DNA from: Eledone cirrhosa
Lineage: Eukaryota
DNA length: 64,000 nt
NCBI GenBank assembly: GCA_964016885.1
Contig: OZ024749.1
Location: 44,888,001-44,952,000 of the forward strand
Reading direction: 5' to 3'
The translations under genes and the position numbers were made by a program. This document shows, in pieces, positions 43,468 to 60,727 of this stretch; position 1 is the first letter of the stretch; each line of letters starts with the position of its first letter. The notes beneath the pieces are model-generated. The model saw only the letters and a list, made by a program, of their open reading frames with translations, was not told the origin of the DNA and ran no database searches.

Positions 43468-43510
43468 GTATATATGTATATAACACAGAAACACACACAC
43501 ACACACAGAA

Positions 43511-43560
<50 letters not shown>

Positions 43561-44137
43561 GTGTGTGTGTATTGGTGTATGTGCGTGTGCATATACTTTA
43601 TACACTCGCTTAACTAGAAATTCTAGTTGAATTTCATACATTTTTCTTTTCTCGGTTTTAGTTTATGCGAAATAACTTTCTCTCAACATAACTCTATACC
43701 CTTTATTTAGTTAGTGGACTCTTCCTAATACAAGTACTCAAACATCATCATCATCATTAAAACATTAACATCATAGTCATCCCTACCGCCATCATAGCCA
43801 TCATACATATATACATATATATATGTATGTGTGTGTGTCTGTGTTTATGCGTGCGTATATAAATAAATATATGTATATATTCATATATTTATATATATAT
43901 ATATACACACACACACATGTAAACATATATGTATATATATATATTTATACATATATATACATGTATATATACATATATATATATTTATATATATATATGT
44001 ATATTTATATGTGTGTATATAAATATATATATATATGCCTGTATGTGCGTGCATGTATGTATTTATATATATACATCATATGCTTATAAATGTACATATT
44101 CATGTTTGTGTATGTACATATACATATAAATAAATAA

Positions 44138-44245
<108 letters not shown>

Positions 44246-45358
44246 ACACATATATATATTTATTTATTTATATTTATATATGTATATGTACATATATATA
44301 TAGTGTGTGTGTGTTTGTATGTGTGTGTGTGTGTGTGTGTAAACTAGACCACTTAGGCTTGTACGCCGATAACTTATATACTCTCTCAAAGTAAACATGA
44401 AGTTCTGTTCTACTGTTCCCTGACACTTTTCTCATTAAATATTCATTTACCTACCCTGCTCAAATATCAACGTTTGGGGTACATCTCTGCCTCGGTACTC
44501 GGTATGCTAGATATAATAGCCAAATTTCTCTTTGATATTACCTAATAATACACAAAATTAGACTAGATTCATTAGATATCATAGACTTAGATGCATTACC
44601 TCAAATATAACAGGACGATTTAAGTATTTGAATTATCAGATCCAATTTTCACCCATAATGAAACCGGGTTTTTTTATTTATAATTAACGAGAATCTGGTA
44701 ACTGCGGGGCCCTTTGATTATCACTTTGTCAGCCTTATGAAAATACAGCCTTGTTTCCTTAAACTGCTCACCTGGGGGCTTTAGTAAATTAACAACATCA
44801 ACGACATGACTATATACACAAACACACATACAGGCATGTTAAAACAACCACAGACCCACACATTCAATTTAATCCTGATAGCGATCTCTATCTGAGTCTT
44901 TAATCTGTCCCATATCCATACTTCATATTCAGGTACATATTTTTTTAGGATTTCCTCTAACTAACCTAATATATATTATCACCAACTAATTAATGATGGA
45001 GGCATTTTGCAGTCAATGAAATTTATAGAAATAGCAGGCGAAAACCACCATATCATACATTCGGACTCTCATATATTAAGCGCTGCTTATTATAAATGGT
45101 GAATCTACACTGTCGGTTGATTTGGTAAAAATAGCAGGTAAAAAACCACATAAAATCCAGAACATGATCATGATAAATAAGAGAGTTATAGATTGATTAT
45201 ACATTTTAGAAAAGGAGAGTCACGGATGGCGTGTTGTTCATCAATTATCTTTGATGTGTGTGAAGAAAAAAGCTACGTAAAAAAGAGCTCTAGCAATTTA
45301 TTACACAAATAACTGCTAAATATATTTAGGTAGCTATGCGTACGTAGGTGTCTACGTG

Positions 45359-45432
<74 letters not shown>

Positions 45433-45544
45433 GTTGTGTGTATATATATATGTATATATATATATATAGGTATGTATATATTTATACGTATATATATATA
45501 TATATATGAATATTTATATATATATGTATATATTTAGACATATT

Positions 45545-45580
<36 letters not shown>

Positions 45581-45808
45581 GACACACACACACAAACATA
45601 TATATATATATATATATATTTAGACACACACACAAACATACGTATATATATATGTATATATATATATATACATATGTTTGTGTGTGTGTGTGTCTAAATA
45701 TATATATATTTTATTTTTAATATGTCTAAATATATACATATATATATATATATATATTTAGACACACACACAAACATACATATATATATGTATATATATA
45801 TATATATA

Positions 45809-45890
<82 letters not shown>

Positions 45891-45950
45891 GTTTGTGTGT
45901 GTGTGTGTCTAAATATATATATATATCTATTTTATTTTTAATATGTCTAA

Positions 45951-45989
<39 letters not shown>

Positions 45990-46541
45990 GACACGCACAT
46001 ACATACATATATATACATTATTATATATATATGTATATATATATATAATATATACATATATATATAATATATATATACATATATATATATATATTATCAT
46101 ACATATAGATATATACATATATGCGTGTGTGTGTATGTGTATGTTCTGCCCTAAATATATATAAAATTACATATCTCCCTCCCCAAGTCTCTCGCTCTTT
46201 CTCTCTATCGTTGACCTGCCTTGTCTATCCCTTCTCTTAACTACCAATCTACCTCTGTTTATCTCCCGTTCTCATAATCTATCTCTGTGTCACCCTCTTC
46301 TCACTTCAAACAGTAAACTAAAGCTACGTGAGACCAGGTCACTGTTGGTGTGGAGGTGTGAGAACACGACGACTAACAAACTAACAATCGTCCTCTTGTC
46401 CTACCTATATTACAACCAGGTACCCTGCAGTCCTGCACACCCTTCCACCTCTATCTCCATACATTATATAGCTCAGAAAATACAGATGAACATAAAATAC
46501 GTATACACAGACACAAACATATATATATATATATATATATA

Positions 46542-46720
46542 TGAGATTCTACAGGACTAGAACTGTTTCCTTCTTTAGAAATCATCAGGAATCCTGATGA
46601 TTTCTAAAGAATGAAACAGTTCTAGTCCTGTAGAATCTCATCTATATTAAAATTGTTATACTCTGCAATGTATTGAGTACCTTACTTACTGTGGTTACCT
46701 CCGATTCAACCCGGAATAAC
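46542..46720 (+). mobile_element. Family B hairpin-plus-tail element in (TA)n
   Basis: Inverted repeat ~46541-46641 with apex GGAATCC. Tail contains GTATTGAGTACCTTACTTACTGTGG. Confidence 0.85.
46545..46593 (-). ncRNA. Complete canonical type I hammerhead ribozyme (family B)
   Basis: GATTC-CTGATGA-TTTC(TAAA)GAAG-GAAA-CAG(TTCTAGTC)CTG-TA-GAATC: all three stems pair, full core, GUA cleavage triplet. Confidence 0.85.
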
Positions 46721-46757
<37 letters not shown>

Positions 46758-46827
46758 TTTCCCCCCAAAAAAATGTATATACACTTTGATTATCTGTATA
46801 GACAATATTTATTTGAAAGCTGTTGAA

Positions 46828-46953
<126 letters not shown>

Positions 46954-47049
46954 CTGTGTGTTTATATGTAATATAATATTCTATCTATCTATCTATCTAT
47001 CTATCTATTTATCTATCTACCCATCTATCTATCTATTTTATATATGTTA

Positions 47050-47115
47050 TTGTATGTAAACTTTCCCCTTTGTATTTGTCCCTTTCTTTTGTGCCCCTGT
47101 GGCTAATAAAGAAAC
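47050..47115 (+). mobile_element. LINE 3' tip between microsatellites
   Basis: TTTGTATTTGTCCC...GTGCCCCTGTGGCTAATAAAGAAA. Confidence 0.5.
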
Positions 47116-47139
47116 ATATCTATATATATATATATATTC

Positions 47140-47178
<39 letters not shown>

Positions 47179-47375
47179 TATAGAGAGAGAGATGTTTGTA
47201 TAAGTATGTTATACAAAGAGGAGCAGAGGTGATAAAAAAGCCAAAGTTAAATAAGTTACTCAAAACATTTAGTAATAGATGTTATAAAATTATTTAAAAA
47301 AAAAATAACTTCTATAGGACAGAATCTGAGGTTATTCAAAATCTCTCCTAGATTTATAGATATCATTTCTCCATG

Positions 47376-47507
<132 letters not shown>

Positions 47508-47927
47508 AGCAAAGATTTATATATAGATGCAACTGAAAATCTCTAGACCCCTCAGTAAATTTTGTAAATAACTCAGATAATAAACAATACCAATAATATA
47601 TTTATATACATACACACACTCTTATATATATATACATATGTGTGTGTGTGTATATATATATATATAGGTGTGTGTGTGTCTGCGTGTGTCTTTATATGCG
47701 TTTCACTTCAGAAATTTAGACACGTAGTCCTCATGACAGTAGATGAGTATATTCATATTTGAATAAGAGGAGTAATGTACCCTTAGAGGCGGATAACCGA
47801 CCAGGGACTTCTGTCCATTTGTTCCCATTTTACCCGACTTATTATTCACTTATAAATGTAGTGAGCGGACTTAAGTTCCATACATACATGATTTTCACAC
47901 ACACCTAAATGTAAATATGTGTATGTA

Positions 47928-48023
<96 letters not shown>

Positions 48024-48143
48024 AATAAATATATATAAATGTATATATATATATATATATATATATATTAATCTATACAGTGTTAAAAACACACATGCCT
48101 ACATACGTGATTCTAGTTTTATATATCCTATATATATATATCC

Positions 48144-48176
<33 letters not shown>

Positions 48177-48785
48177 TATTGCTTCGATTATTGAACTAGC
48201 TGTGTGTTGGATTTTTGGGACGACTATAATTTCCTGTTTGTAGTAAGATACTTCACTAATTATACATGTAGATTTTGCTGGCGATTTTTTTTTTCTCTGT
48301 TTTCTGTCATATTTATACTATAGAAACGAACATGCATCCAAATTCTGCCCCTTCCTTGATCGGCTATGCTGATAAGAGGCCCTCGGATTTTTTTGCGTCT
48401 ACAAAAATCTGTTCAGCTCTGGCGAGCAAATAAACCTTAATTGCCATTTTTATTTTTATTTATTTTTTAGATGCATACGCACGAATATGTATGTATAGAC
48501 GAGTGTATATGTTCATCCGGCATGCCTGTGTAGTTAAGACGTTTGTGCCGCGACAATGAGATTTGGTTTTCGGTGCCTATGAGAGGCAACTTGTGTCATA
48601 TCACTATATAGAGACAGTGTGGCCAATGATATGTACAGGAATTTGGTGAACAAGATTTCTGCATATATATATTGAACTGTTCAAACGTGAAATACTACGG
48701 TAGCCTATATAATATATTGTAAATCTTAATACGTATACATTCATACGCCCGTACGCACACACACCCATATTTATATATGTTGTTT

Positions 48786-48843
<58 letters not shown>

Positions 48844-48886
48844 TGATAATAAGGGCGCTGCGGAGTTGCAAATGTATATATATATA

Positions 48887-49040
48887 TGTAGAAAGGTTCT
48901 AAAGGACTAGAACTGTTTCATTCCGGAGAAATCATCCGGAAGCTTCCTGATGATTTCTCCGGAATGAAAAAGTTCTAGTCCAGTAGAAGCCTTTCTACAT
49001 TAAATATTTATACTCTGTATTGAGTACCTTATTTACTGTA
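48887..49040 (+). mobile_element. Family B hairpin-plus-tail element with degenerate hammerhead
   Basis: Inverted repeat centred on AAGCTT (48940-48945). GCTTC-CTGATGA...GAAA...GTA-GAAGC at 48942-48990, stem III mutated. Confidence 0.8.
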
Positions 49041-49339
49041 TATATAGATGTGTGCGTGTGTGTGCGTGTTTATATATGCGTGTGATTTGGTGCAGGTATG
49101 TATGTTAGAGGGTGTATACACACATTTCTATTATTAACATTATTAATGTTGTTATTGTTATCTTAATTTCTCATTACCTACTCTCAAACATTCCTCTTTT
49201 AACACAAATAAACATACTCGTAGATCTACATAAACATACTAGAATAAGCCTTTAATACGACACAGACATGTAATCACTTCTCTTTATTTCTTCAAAAAAT
49301 GTCTTACTTTCGTTAATAAACACGTTTTGCCTAACTATC

Positions 49340-49373
<34 letters not shown>

Positions 49374-49385
49374 CGTAACTATCGC

Positions 49386-49485
<100 letters not shown>

Positions 49486-49551
49486 CATATGTATACATAT
49501 ATATACATATGTATATATATATATATATATACATACACGCGTACATATACA

Positions 49552-49641
<90 letters not shown>

Positions 49642-49765
49642 CATATATGTATATATATAAATATATATATATGAATATATATATGCATATATATATATAT
49701 GTATACATGCACACACACATATATATATATATATTATGTATATATACTTGTATATATATATATAT

Positions 49766-49838
<73 letters not shown>

Positions 49839-50276
49839 TATATATATATATATACTTATACATCTATATATATATATATGTATATATATGTATATATATT
49901 TATATGAATATGCGTGTGTGTTTGTGTATGTATGTGCGTGAGGGTATATACGCATGTTATTAAATGTATATATACTTATGTAATTAAATTTATGTATGCA
50001 AGTATACATGTAATATTTGTGCTTTACGTACGTGCGGTGTGAATTCTTCTGAAGCAGTCTTTGCTTAATTAGAAGCAAAGCTATTTGTCATGTGGAGACA
50101 ATTACATTGCATAGAATTATACACAGTTGTATGTTTGTCTGTCTGACTGTCTAACTGTCTGCAGGTCTGTCTATCAGTCACTCTGTCTGGCTGTTTGACT
50201 GTATGTCTGGCTTCGTGTCTGATGGCCGCATCACCGTCACAGCTTTTGCCTGTCTGTCTAAAATGTCAATTCTTCC

Positions 50277-50317
<41 letters not shown>

Positions 50318-50322
<5 letters not shown>

Positions 50323-50400
50323 TTGCTCTATGGTTCTTATATATTTGATATATATTTATCCTTATCGAGCCCTCTTTGGATTTTAGTCTTCAAATTTATT
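50318..50400 (+). mobile_element. Family H tail-only fragment inside (TA)n
   Basis: Matches 17126-17208. Confidence 0.7.
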
Positions 50401-50405
50401 ATTAT

Positions 50406-50449
<44 letters not shown>

Positions 50450-50475
50450 TACATATACATACATAATTGTTGTGC

Positions 50476-50519
<44 letters not shown>

Positions 50520-50719
50520 TTATGTAAGGGCGTATTTGCATGCATTTATGTATCTATCAATAAATGTATCTATTTATCTATACATTTCTCTCTCTATTTA
50601 TCAACATATTTCAGTATATATATAACGATGTTTATGAACGCATTTTTATTTCTAAAGAATCTACTTAATATTTACTTATTACTCGGGTTAATTATTTGAT
50701 ATATTTAATATACTTACAG

Positions 50720-50759
<40 letters not shown>

Positions 50760-50792
50760 GCCTGTAAGTATATTAAATATATCAAATAATTA

Positions 50793-50921
<129 letters not shown>

Positions 50922-50946
50922 TACACACACACACACATATATATAT

Positions 50947-50979
<33 letters not shown>

Positions 50980-51007
50980 GAGAGAGTGAAATATATATAA
51001 TCATATG

Positions 51008-51048
<41 letters not shown>

Positions 51049-51058
51049 AATATATATA

Positions 51059-51136
<78 letters not shown>

Positions 51137-51137
51137 A

Positions 51138-51168
<31 letters not shown>

Positions 51169-51240
51169 TATATATATACTCTATATGTAAAATATATACA
51201 TATAGGTTCAGAGATAGTTCGTTAGATGGAGAGAAGTATA

Positions 51241-51301
<61 letters not shown>

Positions 51302-51524
51302 TTATATAACTATTTATATATAAAACTAAATTTTGTACGCATTACGACATATCGTCAGTATTTATGACATAACTGAGCACACACATACAAACACGCACAC
51401 ATAAACACACACACATAAACACACACAACCACACACACGCACACACACACATGAATATATAGACTAAATGATCAAACACGTGCTTTTTCTCTCTCTTAAT
51501 ACTTCTTCTGTTATTTCTCATCGC

Positions 51525-51562
51525 GTCTCCCGATGAAGGATCAGTATCCGAAACTTTCAGAC
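51525..51562 (+). ncRNA. Minimal hammerhead-like motif, U4C variant
   Basis: GTCT-C-CCGATGA-A-GGAT(CAGT)ATCC-GAAA-CTT-TC-AGAC. Confidence 0.5.
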
Positions 51563-51688
51563 ACATTTCCTAATATATCAACCGTTAAATTAAAATATAT
51601 ATTCACTGTACTGTGTCGTTGACTGTCTATTCACCGTGAAGGTTTTGCATACATACATACGTACACACATACATAAACACACACATAC

Positions 51689-51767
<79 letters not shown>

Positions 51768-51849
51768 TATATATATACATATATGTTATTTGTGTGCGTG
51801 GTGTGGGAGGCATTTGTGTATGTGTGTGAGTGTATGTGTATGTACATAC

Positions 51850-51898
<49 letters not shown>

Positions 51899-52076
51899 TA
51901 TATATATACATATATGTTGTTTGTGTGCGTGGTGTGGGAGGCATTTGTGTATGTGTGTGAGTGTATGTGTATGTACATACATATACATATATATACATAT
52001 ATATGCGTGTGTTTGTGGTGTATATACATCATATATGTGAACTGTACTTGCATGCATATGTTTAAATATATATGAG

Positions 52077-52107
<31 letters not shown>

Positions 52108-52167
52108 TAAAGGGACGACTTTGTAAATTAAAACGAAACACATACACACATACACATATATATATAT

Positions 52168-52209
<42 letters not shown>

Positions 52210-52533
52210 AGAGGGACGACTTTGAAAATTAAAACGAAACACACACACACACACATATATATACACACATATATATATATCTATTTTCCGTACATCATTA
52301 GCATATAGATACAATAGTTCCGAATATGTATGTCTCCATTTAAGTCCATTACATTATATGCATAAAATTGACATAAGTTTAAATTTGCAAAATTTATATA
52401 TAAATAACATATATTACAGCACTTATGTAGGCAAGATAGTTATATAAACAAATACACTCACATGCCCACACTCAAAAAAATATATATATATATATATGTG
52501 TGTGTGAGTGTGGGTATATATATAAACATATAA

Positions 52534-52615
<82 letters not shown>

Positions 52616-52678
52616 GTCCCAAGGCTCTGATACCATCAACACTATAAACACAGAGCTGGCATATCTAAGAACTGACTA

Positions 52679-52734
52679 ACTGCCTGATGAGGTCATAGCC
52701 ATTCAATGGCTATCATCGAAATATATATAGCAGT
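52679..52734 (+). ncRNA. Complete canonical type I hammerhead (family D) in a TA-flanked insert 52616-52780
   Basis: ACTGC-CTGATGA-GGTcATAGCCAT(TCA)ATGGCTATcATC-GAAA-TATATA-TA-GCAGT: 5-bp stem I, long stem II, palindromic stem III. Confidence 0.85.
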
Positions 52735-52775
52735 AAATAATGGATTATGAGTTCATGCAATTGACTTATGTTTCG

Positions 52776-52831
<56 letters not shown>

Positions 52832-52873
52832 TATATAGAGGCATGTATATATATACACATACATATATGTATA

Positions 52874-52989
<116 letters not shown>

Positions 52990-53085
52990 CATATATATAT
53001 ATATGAATACATAAATATGGACAAGTGTATATATATGTGTGTGTGTCACTATAGATATCATATAAGTTTATAGAGATGATATCGT

Positions 53086-53125
<40 letters not shown>

Positions 53126-53376
53126 TTCGGCCATGGAATTATTCATGGATGCTACTAACCATGAACTTACGATATATCAAACTCAATAAGATTCATATAT
53201 GTATTGGAATGTATATAATTCGTTGTATATACATACATCTTAACTTACAAATATACATTCATAAACACGGGTATATAGGAATACATTTATGTTTATATTA
53301 AAATGTGCATGTATTGTAATATATATGTATGTATATATGTATATATGTATATATATATATGTATATATATATATAT

Positions 53377-53487
<111 letters not shown>

Positions 53488-53554
53488 TATATATATATAT
53501 ATATAAATGAGAGGTATAGAGATTGTTTTAGCAAGAAGCTAACGGCATTCCATA

Positions 53555-53628
<74 letters not shown>

Positions 53629-53947
53629 ATATTTATATATATATGCGTATATATATATGCATATATATATATATATGTACATATGTATATATATGTGTGT
53701 GTGTTTGTGTGTGTGTTTTATATGTATATATAAATACATACTCCCGTAAATGCATATTTCATATATTTTTAATATTTGTCTCTATATTATTTCATCCCTA
53801 TAAGAAAACTGAAAAATGTGTCTATATGAAACATGTTTGCATACACAGGTATGAAAAATATATATTATATATATATATATACACACATATATATATTATA
53901 TTATATTTTATTGCATATATATATATATATTTATATATATATATATA

Positions 53948-54034
<87 letters not shown>

Positions 54035-54398
54035 CTTAATTTTCTATATGAAATTTAAGTACATGCTTCCTATTTTTATACATGTATATAATAGTCTCCT
54101 TCTATATATATAATGCTATGCACATATAGATGCATGCGTATATACCTAGGTACACACCTATATCTTTCTACGATTATATGTTTCATTTATCACTTCTACT
54201 ACAGTGGTTTTTGAATGGTAGTATCTTAGAGTATATATATTTGTGTTCGAGAGTTTAGCTATATTTTTCCCATTAGCAATTATCTACCTGAATATACCTT
54301 AATATTAATCTGTTAAATACAGTTTCTGTTTCACGAGAGAATTTTTGTGCCATATAAATATTCAAATATACAAATGGAGAGACTAACAACATATATTA

Positions 54399-54473
54399 AA
54401 GTATCCATACAATCATATATACTTATATAACTTATAAAAATACTTATAAATATATGGGTGTGTGTCTGCGTGC

Positions 54474-54511
<38 letters not shown>

Positions 54512-54565
54512 TATACGTATTTTTATAAGTTATATAAGTATGTTTGTATGATTGTATGGATACTT
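54399..54565. repeat. Inverted repeat (~55-bp arms) around a TA-containing spacer
   Basis: AAGTATCCATACAATCATA...CTTATAAAAATAC pairs with GTATTTTTATAAG...TATGATTGTATGGATACTT. Confidence 0.8.
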
Positions 54566-54672
54566 AAATATATATATATGCATGTACATATGTGTATATA
54601 ACTATCTTTCATAAAAAATATATTCATAAGGGCACATAATATAACACAGGGACACATGCAAATACGGACACA

Positions 54673-54721
<49 letters not shown>

Positions 54722-54834
54722 TACATCCAGTGTCATAATATATCAAAGCTTATTACACCATAGTGTATCACATATATCCACACACTGAACCTAATCACTT
54801 TATTACGTAATATACTCATCATGCAAGCTTGAAT

Positions 54835-54874
<40 letters not shown>

Positions 54875-55072
54875 ATCACTTTAATTGTCATTAGGATACA
54901 CACATTAATGTATAAAACCTACGGATTGACATACGCACACAAACACACAAGCACAAACACCCATACACGAACATATTTACTTATATATACGCATTTAAAT
55001 GTATACATTTATTTGTCTGTGTGCTTTCTATTTGTTTGTACATATGCGTGCACCGAAGGCTCACACACACAG

Positions 55073-55112
<40 letters not shown>

Positions 55113-55117
<5 letters not shown>

Positions 55118-55200
55118 AATAATGGAGCTGCGGCGTTGCAAATGGGTTACATATAAAAAGGGGGGAGTCCTTCATCAGTGACCCTCCAACCGTCCCAGGC
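55113..55200 (-). mobile_element. Family K element inside (TA)n
   Basis: Matches ~4153-4225 (+). Contains GGGTCA-CTGATGA-AGG. Confidence 0.55.
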
Positions 55201-55463
55201 ATATATATATATATATACACAATTATATATATACAAATCTTAGGAAAAAAAAAAATGCACGCGCGCGCAAGACCAAACCATTACACACGTGTATATATAC
55301 ACATATATACGCATTTAATGGTATGCATTTTTTATATGCTTGTAGATATGCGTGAATGTGTATGTATAAAAACAAACACACTCACAGCCATTGCACACGC
55401 ACACACTGAAGCACACACTCACACACACACGCATGTATAAATAAATATATATATATATATTAC

Positions 55464-55503
<40 letters not shown>

Positions 55504-55506
55504 TAA

Positions 55507-55707
<201 letters not shown>

Positions 55708-55708
55708 G

Positions 55709-55748
<40 letters not shown>

Positions 55749-55790
55749 CATATATCATTATATATATATATACATATCATATATATATTT

Positions 55791-55842
<52 letters not shown>

Positions 55843-55958
55843 TATAGATATATATACATACCATATACACATAAACACGCACATATAAGTATACACATAT
55901 TTAAGGATAAAAACATACATATTTACATAGCTACACTTATATACATATATATATATAC

Positions 55959-56170
<212 letters not shown>

Positions 56171-56685
56171 AGCCGCAGATCTTAATAAAACTATGAATGT
56201 TCCATTTCAAATACGCTTGAGTGAGGGGGGGGGTGTATGCACGTTAACGTGAATATATATACACATATATATATGCTTACCTATTAATGTAAATGTGAAT
56301 ATATCATTTTTAATAAATATGTGCGTGTGGGAGTGTGTATATATACGTGAAGGTGTTTACTTGTCTGTGTGTTTGCTGACATACGCAAATATGGCTGTGA
56401 GTGGAAGAATATCGTGTTACAGAATACATAGAAAAAATACGTAAGAATCACTCCGCCACAGAAACATTACAAATCAAAAACATGTGATACATATACACGA
56501 AATTTCATACACGTACACACATGTGTTCCTATTGATATAAAAATACATACTCTGAAAGAGCAACCCATATCCACACAAACATATATGTACATTCATACAT
56601 ACTGATATACAGTGATACATGCATGCATGCATAAAAATGCTTGCTCATACATATATACGAGCATATATATATATATATTTATATA

Positions 56686-56916
<231 letters not shown>

Positions 56917-57149
56917 TTCTATATGTGTGTATGTATATGTGTATGTATGAGCATGTGTATATATGCACGACCGCATGTGTGTGTAGGTGTGCGTGGGTTT
57001 ACAAAAAATTACATATAAACGTGTGTACTTATTACATACATACAATTATACATGCATAGATATATACGTATGTATATATACATACGTACATACAAACGTA
57101 CGCCCGTACATACATAAATACATAAAACCATCCATACATTCATACATAC

Positions 57150-58580
57150 ATAGCTAGATACATACAGACATGCGTACATACAAACAAACATACATACATA
57201 CATACTCACATACATACTTACAAACAAACATAAATACATACATACTTACACACATACATACATAGCTAGATACATACATACATGCGTACATACAAACAAA
57301 CAAACATACATACATACATACACACATACATACATACTTACAAACAAACATAAATACATACATACTTACACACATACATACATAGCTAGATACATACATA
57401 CATGCGTACATACAAACAAACAAACATACATACATACATACACACATACATACTTACAAACAAACATAAATACATACATACTTACACACATACATACATA
57501 GCTAGATACATACATACATACATGCGTACATACAAACATACATACATACATACTCACAAACATACATACATACTTACAAACAAACATAAATACATACATA
57601 TTACACACATACATATATAGCTAGATACATACATACATGCGTACATACAAACAAACATACATACATACACACTCACATACATACTTACAAACAAACATAA
57701 ATACATACATACTTACACACATACATACATAGCTAGATACATACATAATGCGTACATTCAAACAAACAAACATACATACATACACACATACATACATACT
57801 TACAAACAAACATAAATACATACATACTTACACACATACATACATAGCTAGATACATACATAATGCGTACATTCAAACAAACAAACATACATACATACAC
57901 ACATACATACATACTTACAAACAAACATAAATACATACATACTTACACACATACATACATAGCTAGATACATACATACATATATGCGTACATACAAACAT
58001 ACATACATACATACATACTCACAAACATACATACATACTTACAAACAAACATAAATACATACATACTTACACACATACATACATAGCTAGATACATACAT
58101 ACATGCGTACATACAAACAAACAAACATACATACATACATACACACATACATACATACTTACAAACAAACATAAATACATACATACTTACACACATACAT
58201 ACATAGCTAGATACATACATACATGCGTACATACAAACAAACAAACATACATACATACATATACACACATACATACATACATACTTACAAACAAACATAA
58301 ATACATACATACTTACACACATACATACATAGCTAGATACATACATACATACATGCGTACAAACAAACATAAATACATACATACTTACACTCATACATAC
58401 ATACTTACACTCATACATACATACTTACAAACAAACAAACATACATACATACATACACACATACATACTTACAAACAAACATAAATACATACATACTTAC
58501 ACTCATACATACATACTTACAAAAAACATAAATACATACATACTTACACACATACATACATACTTACAAACATACATCAT
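57150..58580. repeat. ~118-bp higher-order satellite derived from (ACAT)n, 11 marked units
   Basis: TAGCTAG marker at 57151, 57263, 57383, 57499, 57618, 57730, 57845, 57960, 58084, 58204 and 58330, each followed by ATGCGTAC and, in most units, CTTACAAACAAACATAAA. Confidence 0.92.
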
Positions 58581-58888
58581 ACATACATACACACTTACAC
58601 ACACATGACCATGTATGTGTCTCGATTATTAGAAACTATATTTTTATAGTTAGTTATGTTATATTTATTATTATTGCTATTACTATTTGTATATTGACTT
58701 GATATGTTCTTTGTTTTCCTTTTATGTTTGTTGTTGTGAACTCTACCTTAACTTTGACTGTAGTTGTTGTAACTATTCGGTTGGTTTAACTTAAATATAA
58801 CTAACATGTACTATCGCTATCTTAACAAGCTAAATAGTCATGTATGCATCTGTATATGAAAATATGTTTATGTATACGTATGTATATG

Positions 58889-58930
<42 letters not shown>

Positions 58931-58948
58931 CGTATACATAAACATATA

Positions 58949-59061
<113 letters not shown>

Positions 59062-59666
59062 GTATATGTATATATATATATACATATATATATATACACA
59101 CACACTCACACATATATAGTTATATATGTATGTAATACATATATATATATAGAGAGAGAGACACACACATACATACATATATATGTGCGTGGGTGTGTGT
59201 GTGTGTATGTCGATACATATATATATGTGTGTATGCATACACAAACGCATTAACACATATATGTGTCTGTGCTTGAGTATTTTATATAAGAGATAGACTG
59301 AGATATGCCTACCACCATTAAAATCAATGGCAAAAATGGATCGAGAAAAACATTTTCCATGTGTCAAGGGCACCACAACCTATCTAGAGCTGGCGATATT
59401 CGCTATGAACATCTAGGGTACACTCTGCAAACTGGTTGCTGAGAAGAGGGCACCCAGCTGTACAAAAATTGCCATAGATATCGCCGTAGAATGGAGGAAA
59501 ATTTGTTAGCGAGATGCGAAACTAAATACATCTGTTTTAAAGTTATATACCTCGGCTTTCGGCATAATTTCTTTTTAAACAAACGCACCCACAAATCATA
59601 GGTTAACCTGAGTTGATAGCAGAAAACAACTGTCCAAAATGCCACGCATTGGGTCCGAACTCGAAC

Positions 59667-59716
<50 letters not shown>

Positions 59717-59717
59717 T

Positions 59718-59837
59718 CTGAAAATATGTGTAGAAACGGCACGAGCTCAGCCGTTGGGCCCCGATATAAACATACTGTACCAAGTATCGAGTATTCTGTT
59801 GAGTGATGGTCTACCTAATTTTTGAACTGGTCCTATC

Positions 59838-59840
<3 letters not shown>
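59718..59840 (+). mobile_element. Distant family-A-like insert with a degenerate hammerhead
   Basis: CTGAAAA-TA(TGTG)TA-GAAA-CGGC(ACGAGCTCA)GCCG-TT-GGGC, tail with AAGTATCGAGTATTCTG, TA on both sides. Confidence 0.55.
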
Positions 59841-59919
<79 letters not shown>

Positions 59920-59998
59920 AACCACAGACCCTCCATCTCAACTCTACTTTTGAAAAGAAGAAGAACTGCGAAACCGGTAAAGGAACCAAATAAATATA
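59920..59998 (+). mobile_element. Family I fragment with U3-A8 hammerhead motif (59947-59982)
   Basis: Near-identical to 25722-25800. One stem II substitution. Confidence 0.8.
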
Positions 59999-60585
59999 TA
60001 TATATACATACATATATATATATATATATACATATATATACATATATATATAAATAGAGAGGAAGTTAGATAGAAATAAGAGAAGAGAGAATACTTGAGA
60101 GAGGTGCTATACATACCCAAATATATTGTATTACAATGTTAGTAAAATAATACACTTCATCTCTTTTTTATACCTACAGCTATATCTAGGGATGTATCTT
60201 ATATCTCTATAGTGTATATCAATTTACATATTAAGAAGGAATTACATCTACATATATAAATGTGCAAGAAAAATAGACACGTATTTTTATACACACACAT
60301 TCTCATCTCACACACCTATATATACCGGTAAATGGTTGTATATACTCTAGACATACATTTATTTTCCTCTATTAAACTGTCATATACATGCTGTATACAT
60401 GCACACCAATATTATTGTGCATTTGTGGCTGTACATCTATATCTCTATAATGGCACGAACATGAAACATTGTTTAAACATGCATTACCTAAATTGTGTAA
60501 CTAAAATAGCTTAATTACAATGCATTTCTGTCTGTTTTGGTATCTGCATATAAACATGTTTCTGTCTGTTAAACATGCTCAACAG

Positions 60586-60634
<49 letters not shown>

Positions 60635-60657
60635 CAGCCACACAAATACACTTCCTT

Positions 60658-60727
<70 letters not shown>

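Noticed and set aside
57150-58580. CRISPR-like periodic array
   Set aside because: The intervening sequences are themselves repeated, there are no unique spacers or cas genes, and the context is eukaryotic.
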